The notes below the pieces were generated by a model, which saw nothing but the letters and a program-made list of their open reading frames with translations, was not told where the DNA came from and searched no databases. A DNA stretch of 64,000 nt. Source: Anthoceros angustus (taxonomy: Eukaryota > Plantae > Anthocerotophyta). The stretch spans positions 310,001 through 374,000 of the forward strand of contig MU008203.1 in NCBI GenBank assembly GCA_010909165.1. The letters run 5' to 3'. Shown piece by piece: positions 27,628 through 39,499 of the stretch; the first letter of the stretch is position 1; the number at the start of each line of letters is the position of its first letter. Made by a program: the position numbers and the translations under genes.

Positions 27628-28860
27628 AAGAATGAATCTTGACTGCGGCTGACATTGATTGGGATGGGGTTCTTATACCAAGAATGAACCTTCTAAGAGC
27701 TGGGACCTCTGAAAACGTTTCAGAAAGCATCGCTCAATTCAAAAACAAGGGTGAAGGTTTTATAATGAGGGTAACATGCAGCAGATAGGAACGGGAAGAC
27801 AGTACCTACATTATACACAACATTTGCGTTTTCAATGGCAAATATACATTTGGATAGGAGTATGGCATACCAAAGCGGATAGAGGGGACGGGGCACTTTT
27901 TTTCGCGCGAAACTCGTACAATACACTACAATACATAGGCATCTATAAGAATATACTACCGAATCTAGTATGGAAGTGGTACCTCACCACACATATTCAT
28001 ATGTCCGCTTTTTGTGCCCTCACCAAGAGCAGCCAAGGACCAAAGCGGACAGACACTTTTTTTTTCTTCCAATCGTGTCTATGCTTCAAAACCTTTCAAC
28101 ACTTTGAACATGGAAACAAAGAAGCAATCTGGTTTGAGAGATTGTGACACTATGTTTTCGGAGTCTCCTTCCCTACCCTATACGTTTATGTTTTCTTCAT
28201 TGCAATCACATGGCAGCCAAACCCCAACCCGGCCGCGGCCGTCCTATCTGGTTGCCAAACCCTACCTCGGCCGTGACCATGGTCTTCCAACCCTATCTCG
28301 GCTGAACTGGCAAGAAACATGGCGTATGAGGCAGAGTTGAAGTGCACAAATTACCTACCAGATATGTATCACCTCCATCGAGCGGTGACAACCGTGTGCC
28401 TATATTGCAGGCTATGAGGGCTTCCATTGGAGGAGATGGTGTGGGAGTGGACTGAAGAGTAGTGTACGGTGTGGACACGGCGAGCCCTAAACCTCTTCAG
28501 AACACTGTTCGTGTGATGTGTGTGGCAGGAAGTAATGGTGTCCAAGGGTGGGGCCGGCTCTATGGAGGCGGTGCAGCGTGTTTAGCGAGGGCATGGAAGC
28601 GGATCCGCATGTGCCATGCGGTATATTTGTGTAGGCTCAAAAGATTATGGGAAGCACATGTTTGTGAAGACACGGAAGATTGTGCAAGGCACATAATTTT
28701 GCAGACCAAAGCGAAATCAAAATGTGAGCTGAGGAAAGTTGTCCAACGAACCTTTTGAACTCATATCTTGACAAGAAGCATTACCTTAGACTGAACGGAA
28801 GGAGTGTCTAGCGGAAGTGATTTGTCGGGTGCCTGCAGGAGGCAAGTCATTTACGTATAG

Positions 28861-29430
28861 GCATAGCAAAATTGTAGTATGTTGAAAGGTGCCTTAGCGG
28901 TGCCTTGCGGTGCCTCATGAGGCCACACCTGAATGCATAGCCATGTCAAAATTGTGCTATATTGAAGAGGGCCTTACAATCCACCGCGGTGCCTCAGTGG
29001 GCCAATCCTGAACGCATAGCCATGTCAAAATTGTGGTATGTTGAAGAGGGCCTTACGATCCACCGCGGTGCCTCATTGGGCCAATCCTGCACACATAGCC
29101 ATGTCAAAATTAAAGGGGGCCTCAGGGTGCACCGCAATGCCTCACGGGGCCAAGCCTGAACGCATAGCCATGGCAAAATTGTGGTATGTTGAAGGGGGCC
29201 TTAAGGTGCACCGTGATGCCTCGCGAGGCCAAGCCTGAACACATGCCATGTCAAAATTGAAGGTGGCCTCAAGGTGCACCACGGTGCCTCACGGGGCCAA
29301 GTCTAAACGCATAGGCAGTTGAAAGCTGTGGCAAGTGAAAGGTGCCTGACGAGCGTAAGTCTAAACGCAAATGCAAATCAAAATTGTGGTACATTGCAAG
29401 GTGCCTCGCGGGGGCAAGCCTGAGTTGAAA
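28861..29430 (+). repeat. About 70-79-bp minisatellite, 6-7 copies
   Basis: GCATAGCCATGTCAAAATTGTGGTATGTTGAAG.GGGCCTTA...GGTGCCTCA..GGCCAA.CCTGAAC repeated with variants. Confidence 0.9.
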
Positions 29431-29541
29431 GGCATTGCAAAATTGTGGGGAGTGATATCTGCCCTACGGGCGCAGACAAGTAAAAAATGTGGAAACCTAG
29501 AAATGAAGAAACCTACAAATGGAATGCTCAAAGGCCTCTGC

Positions 29542-31724
29542 CATCGTCTCATCGGGCGACCCCCTAATCAGTGTTCTCGGGGATGTACAGGTCGTTCATC
29601 TCCTCCCACATGACGTGGTTGGCATGCGTCTAGTTTGTAGAAGAGTAGTGATGAAATCTAGGAGCGAGCGAAAACGTCTGGGCCAACCGTCCAACTTGTG
29701 AGTCAAACCGTTCATGTGAAACTTGGCCATCCACAACTTGAAGTCCTCTAGGCTAACCGGGCACTTCGGCTATGGAGGCTCACAATAATTGTTAGGACCC
29801 AAGGGCCAACCATTAAAGTAAGTGTGCATGAAATAATGCTCTTCCAGCTTCAGGAAGCCACTCTCACAGTACGAAGTCTAAGTCCAATCGAAATACCTGC
29901 GACCGCAATGCATCCAGCTCCTCGTAGCACAAAGGATGCATGGACTTCTTGGGGTCATAAGACCTGTAAAAGAGCTTAGTCCACATGTTAGGATCTGGTC
30001 AACGTGGCAGAGAGCGTGGAACCCTCCTCCACTGGTGGCCCACACATGGTGTGGCTGCAGGTTGTGGGGCCTGCGGCATTTGAAAAGGAGAGGGAGGTGC
30101 GGTGCCTGTCATCTTGCCCACCACCGCATTGCCGCCCGCCCGCCTGACCGCATGCCGCCTCGCCACCCCAACCGCATGCTCGCCCGCCGCCACCCCAGAC
30201 GCCGCCATGGGAGTCGGCAATGCCGCCTCCCATTGCTGTGTCTGAGTCCAAAGTTGAGTCCTGAGGTGGGTGTGGACTTGATTCTCCACTTGCAGAAGAA
30301 GCTCCCACTGCCCGTGCGAGCACAGGAGCTTCGTTGAAGACAACACTCCTTGCATATGTCAATTGGCGTGTAGAGGGCATGTACAGCTTGTACGCCTTCA
30401 TCTGCTCTCCATAACCGACAAATATATGTCGGGTGGCCCTATCCACTAGCTTAGGCCTGCCCTGAAGGGGAACAAGCGCCCAAGCAGTACAACTGAAAAC
30501 TTTGAGGTGAGCAACTCCTTGTTTTCTCTTATGCCATAGCTCAAATGGTGGTCCCCAACGGAATGGCTAATGTGTGCATTCTGTTCATGATATAGGTAGC
30601 TATGACTATGGCTTTTGCCTAGGAGGGCTTGGGAAGATTTGAAGTATGGAGCATCGCCTCATCGGGCGACTTCTAATCGTTGTTCTCGGGATGTGTGTCG
30701 CTCATCCTCCCACATGACGTGGTTGGCATGCGTCTAGTTTGTAGAAGAGTAGTGATGAAATCTAGGAGCGAGCGAAAACGTCTGGGCCAACCGTCCAACT
30801 TGTGAGTCAAACCGTTCATGTGAAACTTGGCCATCCACAACTTGAAGTCCTCTAGGCTAACCGGGCACTTCGGCTATGGAGGCTCACAATAATTGTTAGG
30901 ACCCAAGGGCCAACCATTAAAGTAAGTGTGCATGAAATAATGCTCTTCCCTGTGAAGCCACCTCACAAGACGTAAGTCTAAGTCCAATCGAATACTCATG
31001 ATCATAATGCATCCACTCAAGCACAAAGGATGCATGGACTTTGGGGTCATAAGACTGTAAAAGAGCTTAGTCCACATGTTAGATCCGTCAACGTGGCAGA
31101 GCGTGGAACCCTCCTCCATCGGTGGCCTACACATGGTGTGGTCAAGAAGTTGGGGCCTGCGGCATTTGAAAAGGAGAGGGAGGTGCGCCCGCCATCTTGC
31201 CCACCACCGCATTGCCGCCCGCCCGCCTGACCGCATGCCTCGCCCGCCGCCACCCCAACCGCATGCTCGCCGCCACTTAATCAAGACGCCATGGGAGTCG
31301 GCAATGCCGCCTCCCATTGCTGTGTCTGAGTCCAAAGTTGAGTCCTGAGGTGGGTGTGGACTTGATTCTCCACTTGCGTAAGAAGCTCCCACGCCTGCGG
31401 CGAGCATGTGAGCTTCGTTGAAGACAACACTTGCATATGTCAATTGGCGGTAGAGGGCGCCTTGTACGCCTTCATCTGCTTCCATAACCGACAAATATAT
31501 GTCGGGTGGCCCTATCCACTAGCTTAGGCCTGCCCTGAAGGGGAACAAGCGCCCAAGCAGTACAACTGAAAACTTTGAGGTGAGCAACTCCTTGTTTTCT
31601 CTTATGCCATAGCTCAAATGGTGGTCCCCAACGGAATGGCTAATGTGTGCATTCTGTTCATGATATAGGTAGCTATGACTATGGCTTTTGCCTAGGAGGG
31701 CTTGGGAAGATTTGAAGTATGGAG
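29542..31724. repeat. About 1.1-kb tandem duplication inside the copia element (29542-30651 / 30652-31724)
   Basis: Two copies share long identical tracts. Both ends carry CATCGTC and the junction reads CATCGCC. Confidence 0.92.
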
Positions 31725-34145
31725 CATCGTCCTGGCTACACTCCCAATATCTCCAATTTTCTTCTCGGCAATCCCGTTCTGCTGGGATGTATAAGGTGCT
31801 GTATATTGCTGCATGATTCCATGAGCCTTACACCAATCCTTGAAAACATAGGAGCTGAATTCACCCCCATTATCTGTACGCAAGCTTCGAACCTTTGATC
31901 CTCTCTGCGATTCAGCCATAAGTTTGAAGTCCTGGAAGGTACTAAATGCGTCACTCTTCCTCTTCAATGGATAGGTGTGTGTGAATCTGCTGTAATCATC
32001 AACTATGACCAAGTAGAATTCTGCTCTACGAAGAGAAGGTTCACTCAAAGGTCCACATATGTCTGCATGTAATAATTCTAACAGGTTGGTTGCCCGTGTA
32101 GGACGTGTGTTGGTAAAAAGGAGCTCCTTATGCTTACCCATTATGCAAGATTCACAAACTTGCATCTGTCTCCCTAGTTTTGGGAGACCTTCATCAGCTC
32201 GGAAATAATCTGCGTGTGTGTGACGTAGAAGCTTTGGGAGGTTCATGTGCCCATATCTCATGTGCCACAAGAGTGTCCTCGAAGAAGCGGAATCTGCCAC
32301 ACAAACAACCTTACTCCTGCTTTGCTTAGTTGAAAGGGAGCCTGCAGGTAAGAGCTGTAATACATACAAGCCATCCTGCGCTATGCCTTCTGCAAAGCAC
32401 TCTTCAGTTGTATCACCCTGAAATAACTTGCAGCCCTTTCTCGTAAACAAGAAAGTAATATCGTTGTGGGATGTAAGGGCCCTGATCGAGACAAGGTCCT
32501 TGGTCATAACAGGTACAAAGAGAACATCTTGTAGGTGTAGTTCTGTTCCTATAGAAGTGCGAAGGACCACTGTCCCTTTGCCTTTTATTGCAACTGACCT
32601 ATCATCAGCTACTATGACAACTTGCCCTGTGGAATCAGCAGTAAATGTGCTGAAACAACTCATGTCGTTGCAGATATTGGTAGAGGCTCCGGAGTCCAAG
32701 TACCACAAAGAAGGTGATGTGCGAGTGGAAAGGAAACAAACTGTCATTACTGAAGGTACTGTCCTTGTTGAAGATTCAGCAACATGTGTCTAAAGGGGCT
32801 TGTTCTTGCATGGTTCACCTGCCTTTTTCTTATGGCAATCACGCTCCCAGTGCCCTTCTATTAAACACCAATTGCATGCTCCTTTCGTTTTCCTCTTATT
32901 ACCTTTGCTAGGGTTGTTGTAAACAGGCTTGCCTTGCCCTCCTTTTTTGTTCCATTTAGGCTTTCTTTCGGCCACTAGCACCTTGTCCGGAGTCACACCA
33001 GAAGATGAGGTTGAGCTCAATCTTCTCATAGTCTCCTCTTGCGGCATAGAAGCTGATAGACCTGCAACTGTTAGTGTTGAGGATCCATCCGCTACAACAG
33101 CAGCTGAAGCTGTCTGAAGGGGCCCATTTTGCTGTGAAACAAAACCTTGCCATGTTGGAGGTAGGCCAGCCAAAAGTTGTGTAGCGGCATCAAGCTCTGT
33201 CATCTTAGAGCCGAGGAGCGAGAGTTGTGAACGGAGGTACCTAAACTTGCCAAGGTATGCCGAAACACTTTCCTTCTCTTTCAATCGAAGTGAGAAGAAA
33301 GTCATCCTCGCTTCCACAAGGGACATAACATTCTGCACCTTGTACAAATTTGCTAGACCATCCCAAATTTCTTGGGATGTGTCATAGCCCTCAGCATGGT
33401 CCATCATGCTTTCATCCAGACCATTGATGATCAGATGCTTTGCTATTCGATCTCCACAATCCCATTTATCAACGTCAGATTGTGGCCATAGCTAGTATGG
33501 GTCGAGGTAAGGATCCATCCACTTATTTCCAGACCTCCTTCAATTCAAGGGCATACTTCATTCGAATTGCCCAGGTATTATACTTAGTCCTATTGAATCG
33601 ATCTCGTTCCTTAAAGTCGACTCCTGTAGTGTTGTAAACGTTTGTGGTGGATTAAGCCATTGCAGTGAATGCACACACCGCCTGCTGATGCCTCGCAGTG
33701 GACTGGTGATTATGATCTGACAAGACGCAGTAGCAACTTGCAAGGTATGTAGCACTGGGTTAGGTTGACCACAATGATGTTGCTTGTGCTCTGTCTGGTG
33801 TAGTGATTATGAAATCCCTTCCGAGGCTAACAGGTTCTCGTTCTTGTGAAATTCTCCTGTTCTGATCTCTAGGCAAGGGCACCCAATTGTGGTGAATGTA
33901 GATCCTGCCCGGACTGCGGTGTGGAAGCGCCCAGTTTTCAATTGGAATCCTGTGAAATTGTTCCCTCACGGTTGAGATAGGGAGGGCCACACGCCGTGCG
34001 CCACTCCCTTGTCTCCTTGTCATTCCTTATTTCATGAACAAGTTGGGGTTTGTGGTGCGCCTTCGAGGATGAAAACAGCTGTCTTCATTACTTCAGTAAT
34101 GATCCACAACTTTCAACATCCCGCATCCTGATCCGAGGATCGGAT

Positions 34146-34157
34146 GCTCTGATACCA
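34146..34157 (-). promoter_or_regulatory. tRNA-iMet primer-binding site
   Basis: GCTCTGATACCA on + equals TGGTATCAGAGC on -. Confidence 0.9.
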
Positions 34158-34610
34158 AAAAGAGCGAAGACACATATGAGATTCAACGACTTGACTCTTT
34201 GGTTGAAAATTAATATTAACAAGAATGTTTGCTTATGTCGTATTGCGAAACGACACTAGCCCGAAACGACAAGATGAAACCCTAGCCTAGCTGTTGTGTG
34301 TTAGAGATGCCTCTTCACAATGAAATGGTCCACTGGCCTTAGATGATATCAAATAGTCCCCATTCGGAGCCCATTTTAGCAGCGACACCCGCCGAGCCCC
34401 CGCCTGAGAGGAGTGCCTTTCCCTAACGTTAAAGAAGAATCCGGCAGCGAGGATGATGCCAGAAGCCTCCCGCACGGACTCCACGACAAGCAGGTCACCG
34501 GCGCCCGCGAATTCCCCTTCAAGAAATCAACAACCACCCACCGCCCCCCAGGACGTACTCGGCAGCGTTCCGGTAAATGCCGGGTTTCCCGTCCGAACCG
34601 GAGCTATGGT

Positions 34611-34677
34611 CGTATTGAGTATATGAACCAAGTTTCACCCTAAACAAGTAGTTTTTGTGGTTCATATACTCTATACG
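34611..34677. repeat. 20-bp inverted repeat (one mismatch), 27-nt loop
   Basis: CGTATTGAGTATATGAACCA ... TGGTTCATATACTCTATACG. Confidence 0.9.
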
Positions 34678-34799
34678 AGAACGTCGACAATAGTGCCGCT
34701 CTGCTTGACCAGGATGCACCCCAGACGGAGTTTCTGATAGATTGCTGAAACATGTGATCCATCCTATCAATAAGGGCTGACAGGATCTAGTGAAGTCGA

Positions 34800-36100
34800 T
34801 GGTGTGTGAAACCTATGCGATGCAGTCCAGCAACAGACTGATAACAGGTCCATGATTTGAGTAGCTCTTCAAAAGAGATAAGATAGCAGAGCTTGCAGAA
34901 GACCGGATACGTCCGTCAAGGGAGAACATAGAGCTAACAAGAGCTGGAAGAACGAAATTGGGATCTGCTCAACGCAATAAAATAGACAAATTAATAATCG
35001 ATTTAGCTAAGCAGCTTCATTGTGCTCTCATCACCCTCAGAAATTGAATGACGTAGCCAAAGAGTTGGGCCCAACAAGAATCTGTGAGATGACAAAACCT
35101 GAGCATGGACTCAGCAACACCAGTGGATCGGGTCGCTATGGAGAGCAGTTCACCCAGTATATCCAGAGCATTCCTACGTTTTACTGTTTCTGCAGAATCG
35201 AGCCTGATGAATAATTGCTCCAATTCAGGCGATTCTGGATTGCTGAAAATCAGTCAAGTTAAACGAACTCAAGGTGTGGCTAAAACTCTAGACCTCAAAG
35301 TGCTAACTCTAACTCTTCAAGCAGCCCATAGTCTTCATAAAGTATGTTCAAGGATACGCTGCAAGGAACTCTGCAATCAACAGTTCTACTGCTCTAGCTG
35401 CAAAATCTCGTGCGTCCAGAAGCTCCATGAGTGATGGAATAAGAGCCTCCAGACGTGTGACATCAGGAACTGAAGAACTGCCCTGTGGTGTGGTGGGAGC
35501 ACGAAATGGTATGGCGCTCACGACAGCTACTGACAGGTCTACTGCTTGATCATCTCCACATCGTAACTGGGCACAAAATGACGTGGACAAATGCTTAGTC
35601 TGGACAGATACTAGCTCCCGCAGAGATTTGAAAGTAACAATCTGGAAAGCTGTTACGACCAACCTGATTTAGTAGTAGTTGCAGAACCTGCTGCTCAGTT
35701 TTCTCCAGAAGTAAATCAAATTGGCGTGGCCCCAGCCGTCCCAGAACAAGAGCCAAACACACTAGAGAATATCTTCTCATTTCATCAGCTCTTTTACTTC
35801 CGGGCGACATCTCCCCAGTCTGGCCAAGTTCATCTTGATCTTGAGAATAATACTGTAGACGCATAACGAAGCTGCTGCGTTCAATGACTGTAAGAGGCCA
35901 CAGTAAGAAGCCTTTATGCACCATGGAACCAACTCATTTCATCTACCTGAAGGGCACCCATCCACTGCTGAACAACTGCTTCAGGATGGCGGGATAAATT
36001 AGGATCATCACAAACTAGCAAGACTGTATTGTTCCCAGCATGCTGCCAGAACTTGAATCCCAACTGTGACATCTGCATTTGCCAAGGGAAAACTTTCAGG
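34800..36100 (-). pseudogene. ARM/HEAT-repeat protein fragment (recalled similarity to the Arabidopsis At3g57570 family)
   Basis: QLFIRLDSAETVKRRNALDILGELL and DPNFVLPALVSSMFSLDGRIRSSASSAILSLLKSY..VISLLLDCI. Multiple stops and frameshifts, plus at least one residual short GT-AG intron near 35240-35290. Confidence 0.55.
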
Positions 36101-36199
36101 CCTTCACATTGAGCAATCAAGTCTGGAGGAATGGTGAGTGAAGCTTCCCCTTTGTTTGCGCGGGATCTCGTGAGAGAGGACGGTGGAGGAATTGGTGCA

Positions 36200-36720
36200 C
36201 GATGAGAATGGCGGGCTGCGGGGAGCGGAGGGGGAGGGAGGTGAGCCGGGGCTGTTAGCGAAGGGAATGCACGTCGCGGAGAAGGTGAAGGTGATCTCAT
36301 CCAAGTTCCGGAGCTTGTTGCTGACGACGGAGCCGCACAAGGCAGAGAGGCTGTGAGCTGGCACAGTAGGAAGCTGGGGCTGGCTTTCGTCGGGAGTGAC
36401 GATCAGGTCCTGGTGCAGGACTTCGAGGATCCCGGGAGCCTGTCACGCTGGTGCACAAGGAGAATCATAAGGGGGTGGCGGCCGTGGAGTGGGAGCGACG
36501 CTGTCTGTTGCATGTAGAGGAGGGATTGCCATCTGGACGGCGTCTTATCCGAGGAACATGTCGCCTCCTCCCATGCCGAGATGCATAGAACAAGTTGTAT
36601 ATACAGTCGTACTCACAATGACTTGGTGTGTCGAAGGCACATCAGCGGGATGATTGTGAGCTCGTCGTCCTACTCGCCCACGTCGTCCCCGCGGCAGTCC
36701 AGATGGAACTTGCACTTCGT
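36200..36720 (+). pseudogene. ALADIN: Aladin (AAAS, WD40 nucleoporin) N-terminal fragment
   Basis: AVSWHSRKLGLAFVGSDDQVLVQDFED, V.AVEW and TLSVACRGGIAIWTASYP.NM match plant Aladin. Frameshifted and truncated. Confidence 0.7.
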
Positions 36721-37289
36721 CAAACATCTCCTCCTATATTCATTGCAGACGGAGCTCCACCACTCCGTACCAAGCTCACTGGAACGGGACCCATGTTTGC
36801 AACGGGACCCACGTTTCTGCAGGCCTTCTCTTCTTGAACAACTTGCGAAGGGCATCCTCCCTTTCCGGCACCATCTGCATGCGCACAACGAGAGTCACTG
36901 ATAGACACAATGCCAGGCCAGGCCCAGGCCCACGAGCAGAAGGCCATGTCATGATCCATGGCTATGGACGGATCCATGGCTAAGTACCTTTCGTCAGTGA
37001 GACGGTTTTCCAGAGTCCAGCCTCTAGTACGTTGAATTCCTCGACTAGTTCCTTGCTTGCCGCTGGCCTATCTGGGGAAGACAGGCAGCATTCAAAGGTT
37101 AGAAGGCACAAACTAGCTATCAAACGACCTCTTTTGCAGCAGAGACAGCCAAGGGGAGATTGAAGGATGATGAGAACCATGTAGGATGCGGAGCCGCTCC
37201 CACGCAGTAGCTCCAATTGGCACCGCACCAGCACGCAAGATGAGATTCCAGACAAGCCCAGCGGTTGATGTCGACAGTATTTTAAATTC

Positions 37290-37600
37290 TGCGAGACATG
37301 GCACATGGTCCTATATTAATTTGCATCAAACGAAGTACATTAAGGAAATCCTTCAGCGTTTTCATCTGGATGCTATCAGACTTCTATATCCTCTCTTCCA
37401 CATGCTGAAGCCTTTGGATGTCTTTATCTTTATGGCTAACTGGACAATGCCCCGATATCAGTGAGCATTGTTACCCAGTTCTTAAAGTCCGCTGTCAAAC
37501 GGATTTGTAGATACCTACGAGAGACACTGGAGTATGTCGCATTACACATCCAGTGGTAAGAGGGAGTCAGAAGGATGTGGTGACGTGGAATATACTTGGC
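37290..37600 (+). mobile_element. Copia RT/RNaseH-linker remnant
   Basis: INLHQTKYIKEILQRF, followed by degenerate RPDI..AV and AVKRI.RYL motifs. Confidence 0.6.
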
Positions 37601-37739
37601 GTATGCAGAGTATTTGTGAGTACGACTATATATACTTGATGTACAAGTATAGAGTATATGGACCAAGTTTATAGAGTTCTACATTGTGCTAAAAAAACTT
37701 CTACATTTTTCCAGGTTGCAGCAGGATTCTATCTGAAAA

Positions 37740-39465
37740 GTTGGCCATGTAGGTTGGGGGCACTCCAATTACGGTGGGAGTAGGTAATGGCCTGTCGGAG
37801 AAGAAGTATTCCTAAATTTGGATACCAAGACAGTAATGTAAAGGTCCCTAGTCAAGTCATTTCAAACTCAGAGCCGAGAATAGCCTTTACTTTATCAAGC
37901 TGGGGCAGGCTATTACTCAACAAAATGGTGTCATTCACTACAAAGCAAGAATCACAAACAAGCCACCTTCACCAAGGTAGAATCCATTGGAGTCAGCAGG
38001 TGATTGGACAAACCCTTTCTTCCGTACAAGCGTTTGTACCAAGCCCTAGGGCTCTGCTTAAGCCCATATTGTGTTTTCAACAGCTTGCACACCTTCTGGG
38101 CCACCGCTTTCGACAAAACCTTCAGGCCGCATCATGTAAAGGACCTCTTCAACCTCCCCGTGTAAAAAGGTTATATGGAAATCCATTTGGTGAAGCTCAA
38201 GGTCGAATTCAATGGCCATAGCAAGAAGGATGTGGACTGAGGGCGGCTTGACAATTGGAAAAAAGGTGTCACCGAAGTTGATTACTGGTATTTGACTAAA
38301 TCCACCATATACAAGTCTAGATTTATATCTCGCTATAGTGCCATCCGGCTTCAGTTTTATTTTAAATACCTGTAAGAGGTAATTGGCTTGCGGCCTAGTG
38401 GTAAGTCAACTAACTCCCAAGTGTGGTTCTTAATCAAGGAATTATACTCATCATCTACGAAGACGCGTTAATGTGCTGTCATCAGGACTGTTAATGTGTG
38501 TCCAAATGGCTTAGGCCAAATGGACACACACATTTATAAGAACGTGATTATTAAGCATCCTACGCTTGGATCTAGATACTTAGATGAGGTGCCTAAAGGG
38601 AATGGATGCCCTTGGTGCTAGTAGCTTAGGCATACCATGGTACAAGGGGGTGCCTAAAGGAAATAGATGCCCTTGCTGCTAATAGCTTAGGCATACCATG
38701 GTACAAGTTGTTAAGTACCAAGTCCCATGACGGAAATCCGTCCAAAGTGGACTTCAATAAAATTCTTCTTCTTCTTCTTCATCATGCGTCTGAGGATCAG
38801 GACGCACCACTGGACCATGTAAGTCAGAGACATTTGCAGCATGCTTCCTAAAATCTTGTGGTTGATAAGGAGGTTCAATCCACTGATCCCTGGATCTCCT
38901 CTCACGGACAGGATAATGGGGAGAAGTATCCCCCAATGGATCTGGTAGCGAATAAACTCCCTCCTGGGACTGTACATCTTCCTCAGTGGTTAAATGATCC
39001 GCTGGAGGCTCATCATCACTGAGCACCTGTCCATGGGGTTCCATGAGGTTCTGGCTGACCAGCTGGTAGGAGCATATTGACAGCATCATGGTTAGCTTGA
39101 TCTGGTGGCTCACCATCGGACTGCGGGTAATGATTTGGAACAACAGTTGGTGTTACCTCGTCAAACAGAGGATCTGGTGGTGGTCAAGGTTCAACAGAGA
39201 TGTCAGGATTAGCTTGCTGCTGTTCAGATTTCCTTGAACGTGGCACTATGGTGATCTTAGAGGTAACTGGGTCAAACAGCTTCTAGGCCTTAGACTCTTC
39301 TGAGTGCCCTAGGAAAACTAATGGCTTTGATCTATTATCTAACTTCTTTCTTTTGGCTTCAGGAATAAAGGTGAAGGCTGGGGATCCAAACACACGTAAG
39401 TATAGCAGGCTTGGTTTCTTCCCTCAAAACGCTTCATAAGGTGTCTTCCCAGGTAATGCAGAAGT
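37740..39465 (-). mobile_element. Degenerate Ty1/copia integrase C-terminus plus RT remnant
   Basis: TPYEAF.G.KP..LRVFGSPAF..IPEAKRKKLD, then ELHQMDF..TFLHG, YGLKQSPRAWY and EFEMT*LG.LHYCLGIQI. Confidence 0.8.
38588..38707 (+). repeat. About 61-bp tandem repeat (2 copies) inserted in the copia remnant
   Basis: GGTGCCTAAAGG.AAT.GATGCCCTTG.TGCTA.TAGCTTAGGCATACCATGGTACAAG twice. Each unit has internal GCCTAA/TTAGGC complementarity. Confidence 0.85.
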
Positions 39466-39499
39466 CACAACTCGGTTGTCAACCGAGTTGACAACCGAC

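Larger units (their letters stand above)
29500..34319 (-). mobile_element. Ty1/copia LTR retrotransposon, 5' half (LTR-PBS-gag-PR-IN), lacking RT/RNaseH and 3' LTR
   Basis: Putative 5' LTR 34319-34160 (starts TGTG), PBS TGGTATCAGAGC, gag (YNTWAIRMK; CNWCLIEGHWERDC), protease WYLDSGAS, LWHMRYGH/CESC, and integrase HADICGP, TDNGGEF, QQNGIAEK. In-frame TAG at 31692. Confidence 0.9.

Noticed and set aside
28861-29430. Repeat array as a possible CRISPR
   Set aside because: Contiguous units without unique spacers, no cas genes, eukaryotic context.
37787-38221. 144-aa + strand ORF
   Set aside because: Antisense to the copia RT remnant.
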